A program made the position numbers and the translations under genes. A stretch of DNA of 64,000 bases, taken from the NCBI GenBank assembly GCA_010093705.1, contig MU006091.1:1240001-1304000 (forward strand), in the 5' to 3' direction. Positions 1 to 12,061 of the stretch are shown piece by piece; position 1 is the stretch's first letter, and each line of letters starts with the position of its first letter. This DNA is from Patellaria atrata CBS 101060. Taxonomy: Eukaryota. The notes beneath the pieces were generated by a model. The model saw only the letters and a list, made by a program, of their open reading frames with translations. It searched no databases and was not told the DNA's origin.

Positions 1-433
1 AACAGACGGTATCTACAACAAGTGACAGCTCCCCGGGAAAGACGACCGTTTAAGAGACTGATATGGACGTACCAACAATAAGAAACACATACAACACATT
101 GACGGAAAGAAAGTAAGTCACACCACGTATGCATTCTGGACATTGTTATCCAACGTCACCACGATCACTGTCAAGAAACATTGGTAAATTGTTCTAAATC
201 CTATAAATATCCTTTGATCGACCTCTGCTCTCTTTAGTCTCTACCTCAGCACGAACTATATCTTACCGAGTTTTATAGAAATCACGTAAAACTCAACAAC
301 TGATTTCTACGTTCGAATCCTTTCCGATCAACCATTCCGTATACCGACTTAAATTGATTTGATATCTACACCGAACATCTTCTACCCTAAAGACAACATA
401 CCTCATTAGGGAGACTTTAAGATATTCGAGGCA

Positions 434-592
434 ATGTGTTACCGCAACACATTCCATTGCAACTGCGGCAACATCGTGAAGTCGTCCTATCTAAACACTT
501 GCGACAAGAAGGCGTTCCATCTGCCCGAGGAATTCCGTGTTTACAATTGGGAATGCTGGGATTGCATGCAGACTAGGATTAGAGGATTGTAA
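434..592 (+). CDS. Putative 52-aa cysteine-rich microprotein (MCYRNTFHCNCGNIVKSSYLNTCDKKAFHLPEEFRVYNWECWDCMQTRIRGL)
   Basis: ATG at 434 (context GCAATG) to TAA at 590-592; six Cys including CxCG and CxxC; TATAAA at 202-207 followed by a pyrimidine-rich tract; below the ORF-track length cutoff. Confidence 0.5.
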   Translation: MCYRNTFHCNCGNIVKSSYLNTCDKKAFHLPEEFRVYNWECWDCMQTRIRGL

Positions 593-1407
593 GAGCATCA
601 AGGACATCGGCTCTGATGGAATGATAGGTTTGAGCATCAAGTGATTCCACACTTATCTGAAGGATAGCCTAAATTGGAGGACATATGACAGACTATTGAC
701 CTGTTCGATAGCTAAGGAGACTAATACTAACTTGATCAAACAATCTCTTGACGTGAATCCTTTCCTTGAATCTTGACGCATGTTTGCTTTATTTACGAGC
801 GATTCCTTGCAATTATGATGAAGTATAACGACTAGGAAAAAGGTATACAATACATAGAATTGATTTCTCGCAGTCGCCCCTTCAAGTACTTGGAGTTATC
901 TCCAAATCATGGCCAGAACACCCTATCTTAGGTGTCACGAAACAATGAACCTGCGTCTCTTGAACGGTAGAGTGTCACATTTGCTATGACCCTCTGCAAA
1001 TGTATAACGGTCAAGCACAAGCAGAGACACCTCAGACCCTCAGTCCCGTCTGATAAGTTGTGAACGTTCCCGCTAACCGGATTTGGGGAGCACGCATTGA
1101 CCAGCCGCGAGCCGCGAGTGAAGAACCCAAAGAAAGTCATCACAACCACTTTACATTCTCCCACTACGTCTCATAGTGATAATCGCTCTTTGCTCTTCTC
1201 GTATATGTATTATTCCGTTTCTTGAAACAACTTGCCGCTTCACTTCACGTTTTTGCACGCGCGTACCCTCCACACTGTTCTGCAGGGCCCCTTTCGACCA
1301 CCTCACCTCAACTTGACCCTAGAGCTTCCCTTGCCGGGAAAAGCATCTCCTACCGCATGTCATAACACTGCGCACAACCACCCACGTGTAAAGCATTCTC
1401 GCTATTG

Positions 1408-4191
1408 ATGGCTTGGCAATCGCCCTCAGCCATGGGTAGCGGAGGGAATGCTGGTGGAGGGGAAGGCAATGCGCCTGCGGGGACAGAGTATACACTTCAG
1501 GGTAAGTGGATGGAGATGCAGAGGCTGAGTCCATACATCATCCCTGACAAGAATCATACACTATGTAAGTATGAGATGCTAACATATACTTATTTATCCA
1601 GGTGTTATGCGCTTCCTCCAGATAGAATGGCACAACCACGAGCGGGCTAGGAATGCATGGGACATTGAGCGCGCTGAGATGAAAGCAAAAATTGCAAAGC
1701 AAGAAGGCGAGTGCCGTAGTGCGAAAAAACTGAACGATCAGTTGGACAAGCAAATTCGGATGCTGGAGCTGGCACTGAAAGCTGAGCGGACCAAATCCAA
1801 AGCTTTGCAGACTGGTGATAAGGTCACTGTTGAAGAGGAGTCTAAACGAGAACAGAAACGCAAGATTGCTCTGAAATCAGATTCGAAAAGCGGTACGAAG
1901 CAGACTAAGCGTGGGCATCCATTTTGCTCAATTACACCTTTCCCATATTCATAGTGCTGACTGCTATATCTCAAATCAGCGCCTAACAAGCCCCATAATT
2001 CCTTTCTCGATATCGAACCTGAGGGACGCGAGTTACAGAACTTAAACTTCGAGTCACAACGGGAAAAGTCTAAACATTACCTCCAGAAATGTGTAGAAGA
2101 GATAACGTATCTCCTCACACCACCGTCTCACCCCCCTCCCCAACAAGCTATGCAAGCATTCGCAAACCAGTCAGCTCTTTTCAACCAATCAGAGGCCCAG
2201 CAACCTCTAGAAGAGCTGTATATGCAACAGCGGCAGAAGAATCAACAACAACTTGGGCCAAATATCTCTCATCCCGCTCCGAATCACAAACCTCCTCCAA
2301 TTCCATCCTTAGCCGACCTTCCAAACCTTACGCACAATTCTCAACCACAACATCAAGCCGCTTTCATGACAAGAGAAGTTCCAAGCCAACAACCCTTACC
2401 TCAGCCGACCGCTCCTCTCCCTTCTGTGAACAATAATAACAACCAACATGCTCAACTATCCTTATCCGAGGATCCTCTAGATATGGCTCACACTTTTAAT
2501 TCTTTCAATCGGGACCTCCCATCAAAAGAGGATCAGCTTGCACCTCGTCAACCTCTTGCGGAAGACCAAGATGTGTGGAACTTTGATGAGTCAACCACCC
2601 TAGCTGAACCGACGCCGAACGCACTTCCTCCGAGACGGCCCGATACAGACCTCTTCCCCAGTGCAAACAGTATACCAGCGAAGTCCCCACCTAGGACGGG
2701 TCTAGGGCCTCACAGAAGGAAAAGTTCAGGATCACAGCCAATGTCACGACGACGTAGTGAAGGCTACGAGGCGCGAGATTCTGCTGCAGGTCAAAACACG
2801 AAACAAGATCCTCAGTTTAAGGTTCGATTCGCACTAAGGGGTCATATGGATGTGGTCAGGTCTGTTATATTTACAGGGGGTGGTAGCCCTGCTGAACCGG
2901 AGATCTGTACTGCTGGTGATGATGGGCTCATCAAACGATGGATAATCCCTGCGAGCTACAACAACTTCCCTCAGCAACAACAGCAACAGCATGGACAAGC
3001 GGGTGATTTGGACATATCGTCGTACTTCACGCACAGAGGGCACGACGGTATCGTTACCTCACTTGCTGCATGTTCGGCATCTGGAAGCTTTTCAACTGGA
3101 GGACGTGCTTCTGGAGACGGTTGGATATTCTCGGGAGGCCAGGATTCCACAATCAGAGTATGGGAACGCGGACGTGTGGACCCTAAAGCTACCCTAGATG
3201 GCCATACTGATGCTGTGTGGGCTGTATGCATGTTGCCAGCCACCTGCGCCAGCGTTTTTAGTCAGGATAGCAACGGCTTTGGGGGTGCTGATCGGCTTCT
3301 TCTCGCTTCCGGTTCTGCAGATGGAACCGTCAAGATATGGGCCGTGAGTGCACCACCTCAACTCGCATCTCCCCAATCCGGGTCAAGAAGAGGCGTTGGT
3401 GGAAGCAGAAGGGTGTCGGTGACTTCAGGCTCTAACTATCCATCTTCCCCTCAACCTAGCGTCGCAAGCGCGACACCATTCCATTACACTTTAGTTCACT
3501 CCATAGAACGCGCGGGCCACCCCTCACCGACGTGTATAACACCTCTATCTATCACCGGTGAGAACTTCGTCGTCTCATACAACGACGCTTCCATCCTCAT
3601 CTTCGACACCCGCACCGGCGAAGAAATCATCGGTATGGCTTCCGGCGAGACCTACGACGGTACCCCGGCCACAGGCGTCAACGCCGTCGTCGCAACCACA
3701 GTCGGACTCGAGGGAACCGCAACACTGGACCCCAGCCGCGGCATAACCGAAGACGAGAACGTCGTCCATGGCGCCACAGGCTCGAGTACCAGCGGAGGCG
3801 TCGAGGGCGTCATTATCAGCGGGCATGAAGATCGCTTTATCAGGTTCTTCGATGCGAATAGTGGTATGTATCTATCTCCCCCCGTCCCCCTCCACCGAAT
3901 CTTCCTCCGCGATCGAATCTGATATTAATAGGTCAATGCACATACAACATGCTCGCCCACCCGGCCGCCATCTCCGCCCTCTCCCTCAGCAAAGACGGCC
4001 GCGAAGCCGTGTCCGCGGGCCACGACTCCAGCATCCGCTTCTGGTCCCTTGAGAAGAGGATGTGCACGCAGGAAATCACGAGCCATCGGCCCATGCGCGG
4101 CGAAGGCGTTTGCAGCGTCGTGTGGAGCCAGGACGGACGGTTGGTCGTTAGTGCGGGCGGTGATGGCGTTGTTAAAGTTTTTGCGCGATGA
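1408..4191 (+). CDS. pro11: Striatin (Pro11/StrA/Far8), STRIPAK scaffold with N-terminal coiled coil and WD40 repeats, ~842 aa
   Basis: Exons 1408-1501, 1602-1892, 1980-3863 and 3932-4191 join in frame; striatin N-terminal motif [39 protein letters not shown]40 repeats ([31 protein letters not shown]). Confidence 0.95.
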
Positions 4192-4890
4192 GGGACTGGA
4201 GATGGGGAGGATGGGAGTGGTGTTGATGTATAGGGGAAGTAAGATTACGTTTGGGGGGAAGGGGGGCCCTTTTCTTGTATCCACTCACACTTACACACAC
4301 TTTTGTGTCGTTGTACGCATCGTGTTGTTTTTCGCTCATTTTTCTGCCCGGGTGGGAGGGGTTGGAGCGTGCATGGCATCAGATCTTCTATTCTTTTCGC
4401 TGCTTTATAGGGATATCTGGTTAGTGTGACCGGTGGGGTGGAGAGGGGGAAGAGAGGGTGCGAGGTGCCTCATAGCTGTATTATAGAAACTTGACGGATC
4501 TGTTCTGTCTTGAATGAGATTTGTCCGGTGTGGTCGGGGGGATGGATGGGACAATAGAGACAAGTTACGCTACTCGAAAATGGGAAAGTGCGACTGTGTC
4601 CTCTGTTCTGTGTGTGATTTGTGCAATCAATTTCGCATATCGCTCGATTCTTTCTACTGTTCTCTCTTTTATGGTACAGAAGTATCTGATCCCAAGTTCC
4701 TACCCCAACCTCATGAACAACATCTGGCCAACCCCAGAGTGCCGGTAGTGGGTAGAGATCATAACACATGCCAACATCAGGAACATACCCGCCAGACCAT
4801 CAAGCAGACATCCAACGCCGCGCAATGCACAAGCAGTAACAGTCCCATATCTCGGATCCAGTCACAATATAGACCCACGGTCACAACATC

Positions 4891-7587
4891 TCACTCAACC
4901 GCAAACTCAATATGCCTTCTTCCTCCATCCTCAGCATCACTCCCAAGTTCAACAAGCATATCATCATCCGCATCCCTCGCCTTCTTCCCCGCCGCACCTT
5001 CCAAATCGCCCAACCCCCCGATCAACGTGCCGCCAGCCCTCTCCTCCATCTCGACGCCCTCGTCCAGGGCCCTGCCCCACTCATCGTATTTGGGCGGATT
5101 TTCCGGGTCGTTTTCGAAGCTCCAGGGCGCGGTGTCGAAGTCGTCCGTTTCGCGCGTATCCCAAATCTCATCGTCGTTGACGGAGAGGAGTTCGGGAGCG
5201 GCGGCCTCCTCGTCAGCGAAGTGGGCGTTGTCTTTCTCTATGAAGCGGGTCAGGGGCTCTGGGAGCGAGATGCTGCGAGGCGCGGTGGCGTAGGTAGAGG
5301 CGTAGACGAGTAGGACGTCGCGGGACGTGTTGGCGGCGGCGTCTAGGACGGCGGATTCGGTGGTGCGTTCTTTGGTTAGGGCTGCGTGGGTTTCGGTTAT
5401 GTATTCGATTTTCCACCACTGTGGTTGGGTGGGTTTGGACTGGGATACAATGGTCTCGTCAGTGTTGTCGGCGTTGACGGTATTGCCGATATTGTCACCG
5501 TTACTGACTAGAGTGTCGATGTTGACGGTATTGCCGGCATTGTCGCTGGTATTGCCGGTGTTGTCGCTAGTATTGTCGGTACTATCGGGGGTCGTTGTAA
5601 GGAGGTATGTAATGCGAGGGGAAGTGGAGACACCGCGTAAGGTGTAAATATGTTCTGGCATGAGACTTGGATCGTCGGACGGCTTCGTTAAGATCTTTGA
5701 TATGCTGTCTAGGGTAGCACGTACCCTCTCCTTTTCGAGATTCAACACTATGACTAAATTAGTATCGGAGACGTGGAGCAAGGGAGGGATACCGTACTTT
5801 CGACTTTACGCTCGACATTTTCATAAATGTATTCAAGCTGTTTGATAACATCGGCATTGTGAGCGTCCAAAGCAGCTTGTTGTGAGTCAGTGTTGTCAAC
5901 CTCAATGAGCTGGTTTTCTGAATTAACGGGTTTGTATTTGACATCTTGGAATGCAGACATGGCTGTCTTGAGAAGCAGAAGTGCGTCTGTAGCCTTGCCA
6001 GTTTCGGGATGCCGGTAGGTCTGCATTTTATGCTGCTTCTCCTCAATTTGATTGATAACATCTCTACATTTTGCCATTTGCCTTCTCATGTCTTTGGTAA
6101 CAGTCACGTTATCCGCCAGATATCGATCCACGTACCACGATGCTGGAATATTCATATTCAACTTCGTCGCCGATGAGTCCGGTTGGTTTAGTCGTATGAT
6201 TAGTACGTCTGCTAGCTCTTTCAGGGCGATATTGTCTTCCGCTTTTCCATCCATATCTATGCCCCAGATATGATTATCCATCGCATCGTACAAAGACCAT
6301 GTCGGTCCGCTGGGTGTATTGTCCAAAGTGCAATCGACGCACCAGAAATCCACGTTGTTTGATTGATCTTTGGTGCTTTGTTCTGCCACTGAATGAAACA
6401 AGTGTCTGAAGTTCGCTTCAGGGGATAGGGTAGAAACAGCTATTTCCCAAGCAATCAAGAACCTATCACTTAGACTCTTGGGGTTATGCATGTCGACATC
6501 GGTCAGGGCCCTAAGATTGCTCAAGGCTTCAGCGCTGCCATATGATCGATCTGTATGCACCAAGAATGCCATCAGGCGCTGGGTTTCTACCAAGAGGTCA
6601 AATTCCGGGTCATAGGTCGGCTCGTCCTCAAGGTGGATTGGATCCCAGTTTTGAATGGGTGATCCAGTCCACCAAGTGCTGTTTTCTCCATAATCATCCT
6701 TGAGACCTGGACCACATCGCTGGAGAAGTTCTCGAGCGGCCGGAATATGGACGAGGATGGACAGTAGGTTTGGCAGGAAGTCGGGAGTGCCCAAGGGTTT
6801 AAGGATCACAGGTTCACCGGTAACTCGCCTACGATAGTGCACCGGAAGGTCCTCGATTACCTCGTAACTACTGGCACGTGGAATTGTCATCGCCCAGTCA
6901 CTAGTTTCATAATGGGATCGTGTGGCAGGGCCAAAATGACCACTTCCTATGACACCGCTTTCCTGTTGCGAGTGGTTATTGCCCATTTCCCAATCTGTTC
7001 CTGAGGAGTGCCTTTAGTATATTGCCCATAATTCGGAAGTATTATTGATTCGTGAAAGGTTGCGCACCTGAATCTACCCGTTTTAGACCACCTGAAGCCA
7101 CAGATCGATTGCTGGCCCTCGAGGGTGGTCTAGTAGGCGCAGTAGAACTGACATGATATTGTGTGAGCGAATCATTGGCATAATCGATCTGGAAAGCTGA
7201 TAGAGGGAAGATGTGTTAGCGCAATGAAGCAAGGCCTTATGACAGCTAGAGATAATACCAGGTATGCCACTTTGTATGTCACCGTATCGGTCCTGTGTAA
7301 ACGCACTCTCGTCATATCCAGTGTTGTTCTGCCAGATAAATGAGTACAGGAGAACAATGAGGTATGTGAATGCTCCACCTTGTACTGGTCTGGATTTATA
7401 TAATAAGCCTCGACAGCAGCTGACAAATCTGATAGATTCTAAAAGGACCATGGCATTAGCATCCATTATCCAAATAGGTGTGGTAAACCTTGGGCGTGAC
7501 TACCTTAAGAAAGCGAAGAGCAGTCTCACGATCAGAGCTCGTAAATTCTATGAACTGTAATATAGCTTCTTCGGAAGGGCTTGCCAT
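4891..7587 (-). CDS. RUP1: Rup1-like UBA/ubiquitin-associated protein, multi-exon
   Basis: First exon 7587-7504 (MASPSEEAILQFIEFTSSDRETALRFLK) plus the next small exon (NLSDLSAAVEAYYINP) form a UBA-like N-terminus; further GT-AG exons lead into the 410-aa and 296-aa ORFs (HFGPATRSHY..WAM, LVETQRLMAFL, YTLRGVST, VLLVYAS, PEPLTRFIEKDN), which I recognise from fungal Rup1-like proteins. Confidence 0.7.
5480..5590 (-). repeat. Degenerate in-frame repeat encoding DNT/GNT units inside the Rup1-like gene
   Basis: Translates as DSTDNTSDNTGNTSDNAGNTVNID..GDNIGNTVNADNTD, with repeated GACAAT/GGCAAT ACC codon blocks. Confidence 0.6.
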
Positions 7588-8330
7588 GGTGGGAAGTGCA
7601 GAGACGAAATCGCTCAAGGCACGGTAAAGGTTACGAATGGGTGCTTGGAGGAGTATTCAAGGAAGCTATATCAGAGGTCCCAAGTCAGATACAGTGGGTA
7701 GATGTGTTGTTGTTGACACCAGAGAGAGAGAGAGAGTTACCTCATCATCAGCTCGTCAAGAAGTTCATGAGCAATGTTTGGGCAAGAGCGACCGCACACC
7801 CAGGCCAGATAAAGAAAGGAAGGTACGACAAACACTATTTTTATACTTGGCGTCTATAACGGGAAATGTATCTAGGACGACACAGTTGGGATTGCTTCCA
7901 TAGATTGTGAGGTTTTTGAGGGGTGCAGTAAGGCACAGTACAGGGGTTTAGGTTTGCATGGGCTAAGCCGGGAAGCTCCCTATTACAGCATTTCTTATGG
8001 AAATAACGACATCCAGGGTTCTATAATGTGATAAATAATGATTTGTACGAAGTAGTTTATTACGAAGAATACTGTTCCAGGATCCAAAGAACCCAGTCCG
8101 ATCTTCCAGAATACACTCTCCGAAAAAACCACCTCACCTATGGCGATTCCTATATCAGCGTCTTTGCTTCAGAGTCTGAACTCCAGGCTTCACGATCAAG
8201 AGTTGTGAGGTGCAGACATGGTAGCTGAGCCGCATAGACCGAAGTCCTCGTAGTCCCTGAAACTTCGATTCATTCTATACTATTACATCCTACTTCTTCT
8301 CTTCCCCCCCAAAATAGCGCCCTTTGCCCC

Positions 8331-9945
8331 TTACAAATACAAACCCTCTGGTTCACCCTCACTCTTCGTCTTGAGGACGCTTTCCCTTGCGCTCCTAAAG
8401 TCCGCCATCTGCACCCTCATGCGACGCTCTCGTAGAGCCCTAAGGCCAGCTTCGGAGCAGATGGCTTTGATATCGGCGCCGGAAAGATCGTCCTTCTGGC
8501 TGATGAACTCATCCAGATCGACGTCATCGGCGAGAGACATTTTGGAGGTGTGAAGTGTGAAAATCTTTTTCTTCGTATTTTCTGTTCGGTATCAGTAAGA
8601 GTTCTAAAGGGGACGGGGTGGGGGCGGGTTGAGGGCACTTACGATCAGGGTTCTCGAAGAGAATCTTGCGGTCGATACGACCGGGACGGATGAGCGCGGG
8701 GTCTAGTGTATCAATCTTATTGGTAGCCATGATAACCTTGACATCACCGCGGTCGTCGAAGCCGTCAAGCTGATTGAGAAGCTCCAACATGGTACGTTGA
8801 ACCTCACGTTCGCCACCAGAGGTAGAGTCATAACGTTTTGTGCCAATAGCGTCGATTTCGTCGATAAAAACGATGGAGGGTGCGTGTTCAGCGGCGACTT
8901 GGAAGAGCTGTCGTACGAGTCTGGGCCCGTCCCCGAGATACTTTTGAATGAGCTCGGAGCCGACGATACGCAGGAAGGTTGCACTTGTTTGGTTTGCCAC
9001 TGCCTTTGCGAGAAGGGTTTTGCCAGTACCCGGACCGCCGTAAAGAATCACACCTTTCGGAGGCTTGATGCCCATTTCCTCGTACAGCTCGGGGTGCAGC
9101 AAAGGTAGCTCGACAGCCTCTCTGACTTCTTGAATCTGTGACTCCAATCCACCTATGTCGGCGTAGGATTCTGTGGGCGCTTTATCAAGCTTCATGACAG
9201 AGACCAGAGGATCTGCATCGTCCGTCAAAACCCCGACAACGGAAACCGACTTGTGGTGAAGAAGGATGCTCGCGCCAGGCTCTAAAAGATCCTTGTCCAC
9301 AAATGACATGATGGAGACATAATATTCAGGACCAGTGGCGCTCGAAACAATGGCATGATCGTCATCTATGAGCTCCTCCAAGTTGCCGACACCCATAGGA
9401 CTTCCCCTCATATCATCCACTCGCGACCTTTCATCTGCATTACGATCCAAAGCTTCGGAATCTCCTCCCGCTGAAGCCGCTGGTTGGCTCTGGACAGCCT
9501 TGGCCTTACGGAGTCGCTCTTGATTCTCAACATATTCCTCTTCGAGCAAAAGATGGTCGTGTATCCTTTGCATACGTAGGTATCTTAGTTTGCAACGAGC
9601 TGTAGGGTAAATGATGGGTAGCTTGGCAGCAGCATTGGGACCAGCCGCCTTACGCTTCTTGCGTCCGATACGCGTTGTCGGTTGCGGGGGAGGTTCATAC
9701 TTGGGCTTGTCTTTCTGTATATCATGTAGTCAGTAAAGTTCGCCTTCAAATTCGCGGCATGAAGGAAACCGTGGGATATGGAACTTCAAGCACATCCAGC
9801 TCAGATTTGAAGGGGCGTACCTTAGAATCTTTCTTGTCCTTGCCTTCACCCGGGGCGTTGCCACCGATGTTAGATTGATTCGCACCCTGATAATATGTCA
9901 GCTTGGAAGCATCGGAGGTAGGCTCGGAGGCTTTGAGCTCACCAT
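8331..9945 (-). CDS. RPT2: 26S proteasome regulatory ATPase subunit 4 (Rpt2), ~463 aa
   Basis: Exons 9945-9943 (ATG only), 9886-9821, 9714-8643 and 8581-8331; Walker A GPGTGKT, Walker [25 protein letters not shown]-terminal HbYX tail GLYL; Gly2 N-terminus. Confidence 0.97.
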
Positions 9946-10239
9946 ACTAGTGCTCTATCGGAGGATACAGTAGGAGGAGATTATGAAGATGTCGTTGGAG
10001 CTATCCGTAGAACAACTGAAGCGCGTTGCTCCTCTGAATTAGGGAGCGCGAGAAGACTTGGAAGTGATGATGTTGATGAGGTCTACAGACGCCAGGCACA
10101 AGAGATGTCGCGGCTATTACAATCTTACAGAGCTGCTTGGGGGTGCCTAACAATAGCACCGGCTGTTAGATCCGGAGCACTCTACCAGGGCAGTCGCGGG
10201 TTAGTCATTACGGTCCGTGCAGCTAGCTCGATTATCGGC

Positions 10240-10300
10240 TATATAAACTCTTCGTTCTTCCTCCTCTTCCTCTTCTTTCTCTTTTCTTCTTCATACTTAC
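10240..10300 (+). promoter_or_regulatory. TATA box followed by a CT-rich tract (core-promoter-like)
   Basis: TATATAAA immediately followed by ~45 nt of almost pure C/T; no convincing ORF before the ABCB ATG 1.8 kb downstream. Confidence 0.4.
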
Positions 10301-12061
10301 CTTCTTGGGGTCGTCTGTGATCAAGAATACGGACACCTAGCAGTTTGCCCTTCATTGCACATCGAGGTGGCTGAGCCGCTATAGATCTCCTTCGGGGGCT
10401 CTACCGGGGCAATTTTTGCTTGTAAACCACTTTTTCATTGATGTTCTCACCATGAGTGGGAGCTTGAGGAAAGGGTTCTTGATCTCGTCGACACATGCAG
10501 ATTCAGCCTATAGCCCCTGCTAAAACGCGTGTATTCCACCATAGTCATAAATAATTTTCTTAAAACGTACAGTGTGTTCCCGGTTCGCTAGAGAACTTTG
10601 TAGATTCTAACTTCTAATCCTAACGGTCGCAACTGGAGCGTAACGCTACTACCGTATGCAAAAAGAAGTGACTAGTTTCTCGGCCTTGTCTCACTGTACC
10701 ATTCCACCCATTTGTTGGAGAATGTATTTAACATACCGTCGCATGCCTTACGCACACTTGTGGCTCACCTCTACTTGCGGCATCGTAAAGAGGGACATCA
10801 CAGAGTCGTCATCCTATGACGCGGAGTACTTATCGAGTCACCGCGAGGTCCAAGGCAGCAAGCTGAACAGGGAGAAGGGAAATTGTAGCTCTATGGTGAT
10901 ATTGCTGTGTGTTCCGATTACGACAAACGCCGACCCTGTTGTATCAGAATCGGCTTCAATCATTACCTTATTGGCTTGTCGCTTTTTTTTTAACGCCCTT
11001 CTGCGACTAAGGGAATTAGGTTTCGTGTTGCGAAGATGATACCCAACTTCGTACTCTGTACTGTACGTTAAGATAGACGAGAAAATAAGCTCTGGAATCA
11101 CAGCACGTTTTTCCCGTAGATTTAGTGGCGTTTATAGCTGCCAGATGGCAGATTGCCCATTAACCCATTTTTTGGTATCTACGCCCACCTGCCGTATGGG
11201 GATTAAATAAAGGGATATCGAGAAACGGAAACATGGCGAGCGAGTTATGAAAACGCGCCTGGGTACGGGCGGTACTTTACTTACTCTAAGGTACACGGTA
11301 AAATTTTCTTTTCTGTCTCCTCTTCGTAACCATTTCCCGTTTTGTTCTGTCTAAAGCTTACATGTCGGTAAGTCGGTACTTTCGGTCGCTCGATTCGTTG
11401 CAATCCCATCCATATAATTCATCGTTATTGGTTCGATTAGAAGCGAATTCGAAGCGATGTGGACGGGATGTGTAAAGTCAGGTCGGTGCACGGATGGTGG
11501 ATGCTTGACATTCCGAGCATTGCGAGGGCTTCCACATATACTCGTGCCGGACGAGACTAATAATATTTTGTGGTTGTTTGCATCGCAAGGCAGCTGTGCC
11601 AGACATATTACAAGCCATCCCTCAGTGTAGACTTCATCTTCACTTCATCTTCCTTTCAGCTTTCTCACCCAGCCTTACACGCTTCTACAGCTTTCTGTCA
11701 TTTTATCTTAGGGACCCTTTATTTTGCCTGACATCTTTGACAGACGTGAACTATTCCTCACTTGCTCTCTTCTCTATCTGCACTAGGTTGCCACAGCTGT
11801 ACACAAACTCTGCATTGCTATTATATACCGGATACCTTAACATGTAGTTATTTCCTATCAAAAGTCAGTCGCACCTTCCCGCCATCTCAACACTTCCTAC
11901 TTCATCTTTTATTACCCCGTCACTCATCTATACGAGCCGAGTCAACAGTTCATAAGGTTCTTTCCCAATCTGGCCGAGGGTTTGACAAATTCCTTGGCTT
12001 CTACATCGGTACTTTCTATACTTTAGACTGACGGGCCTAATCCCCGGAACTTCCATGCGAG

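Noticed and set aside
4514..5313. Plus-strand ORFs of 259 and 133 aa
   Set aside because: Largely antisense shadows of the Rup1-like last exon in stop-poor skewed DNA
10656..11101. Short ORFs between RPT2 and the ABCB gene
   Set aside because: No motifs or coding-like composition; likely chance
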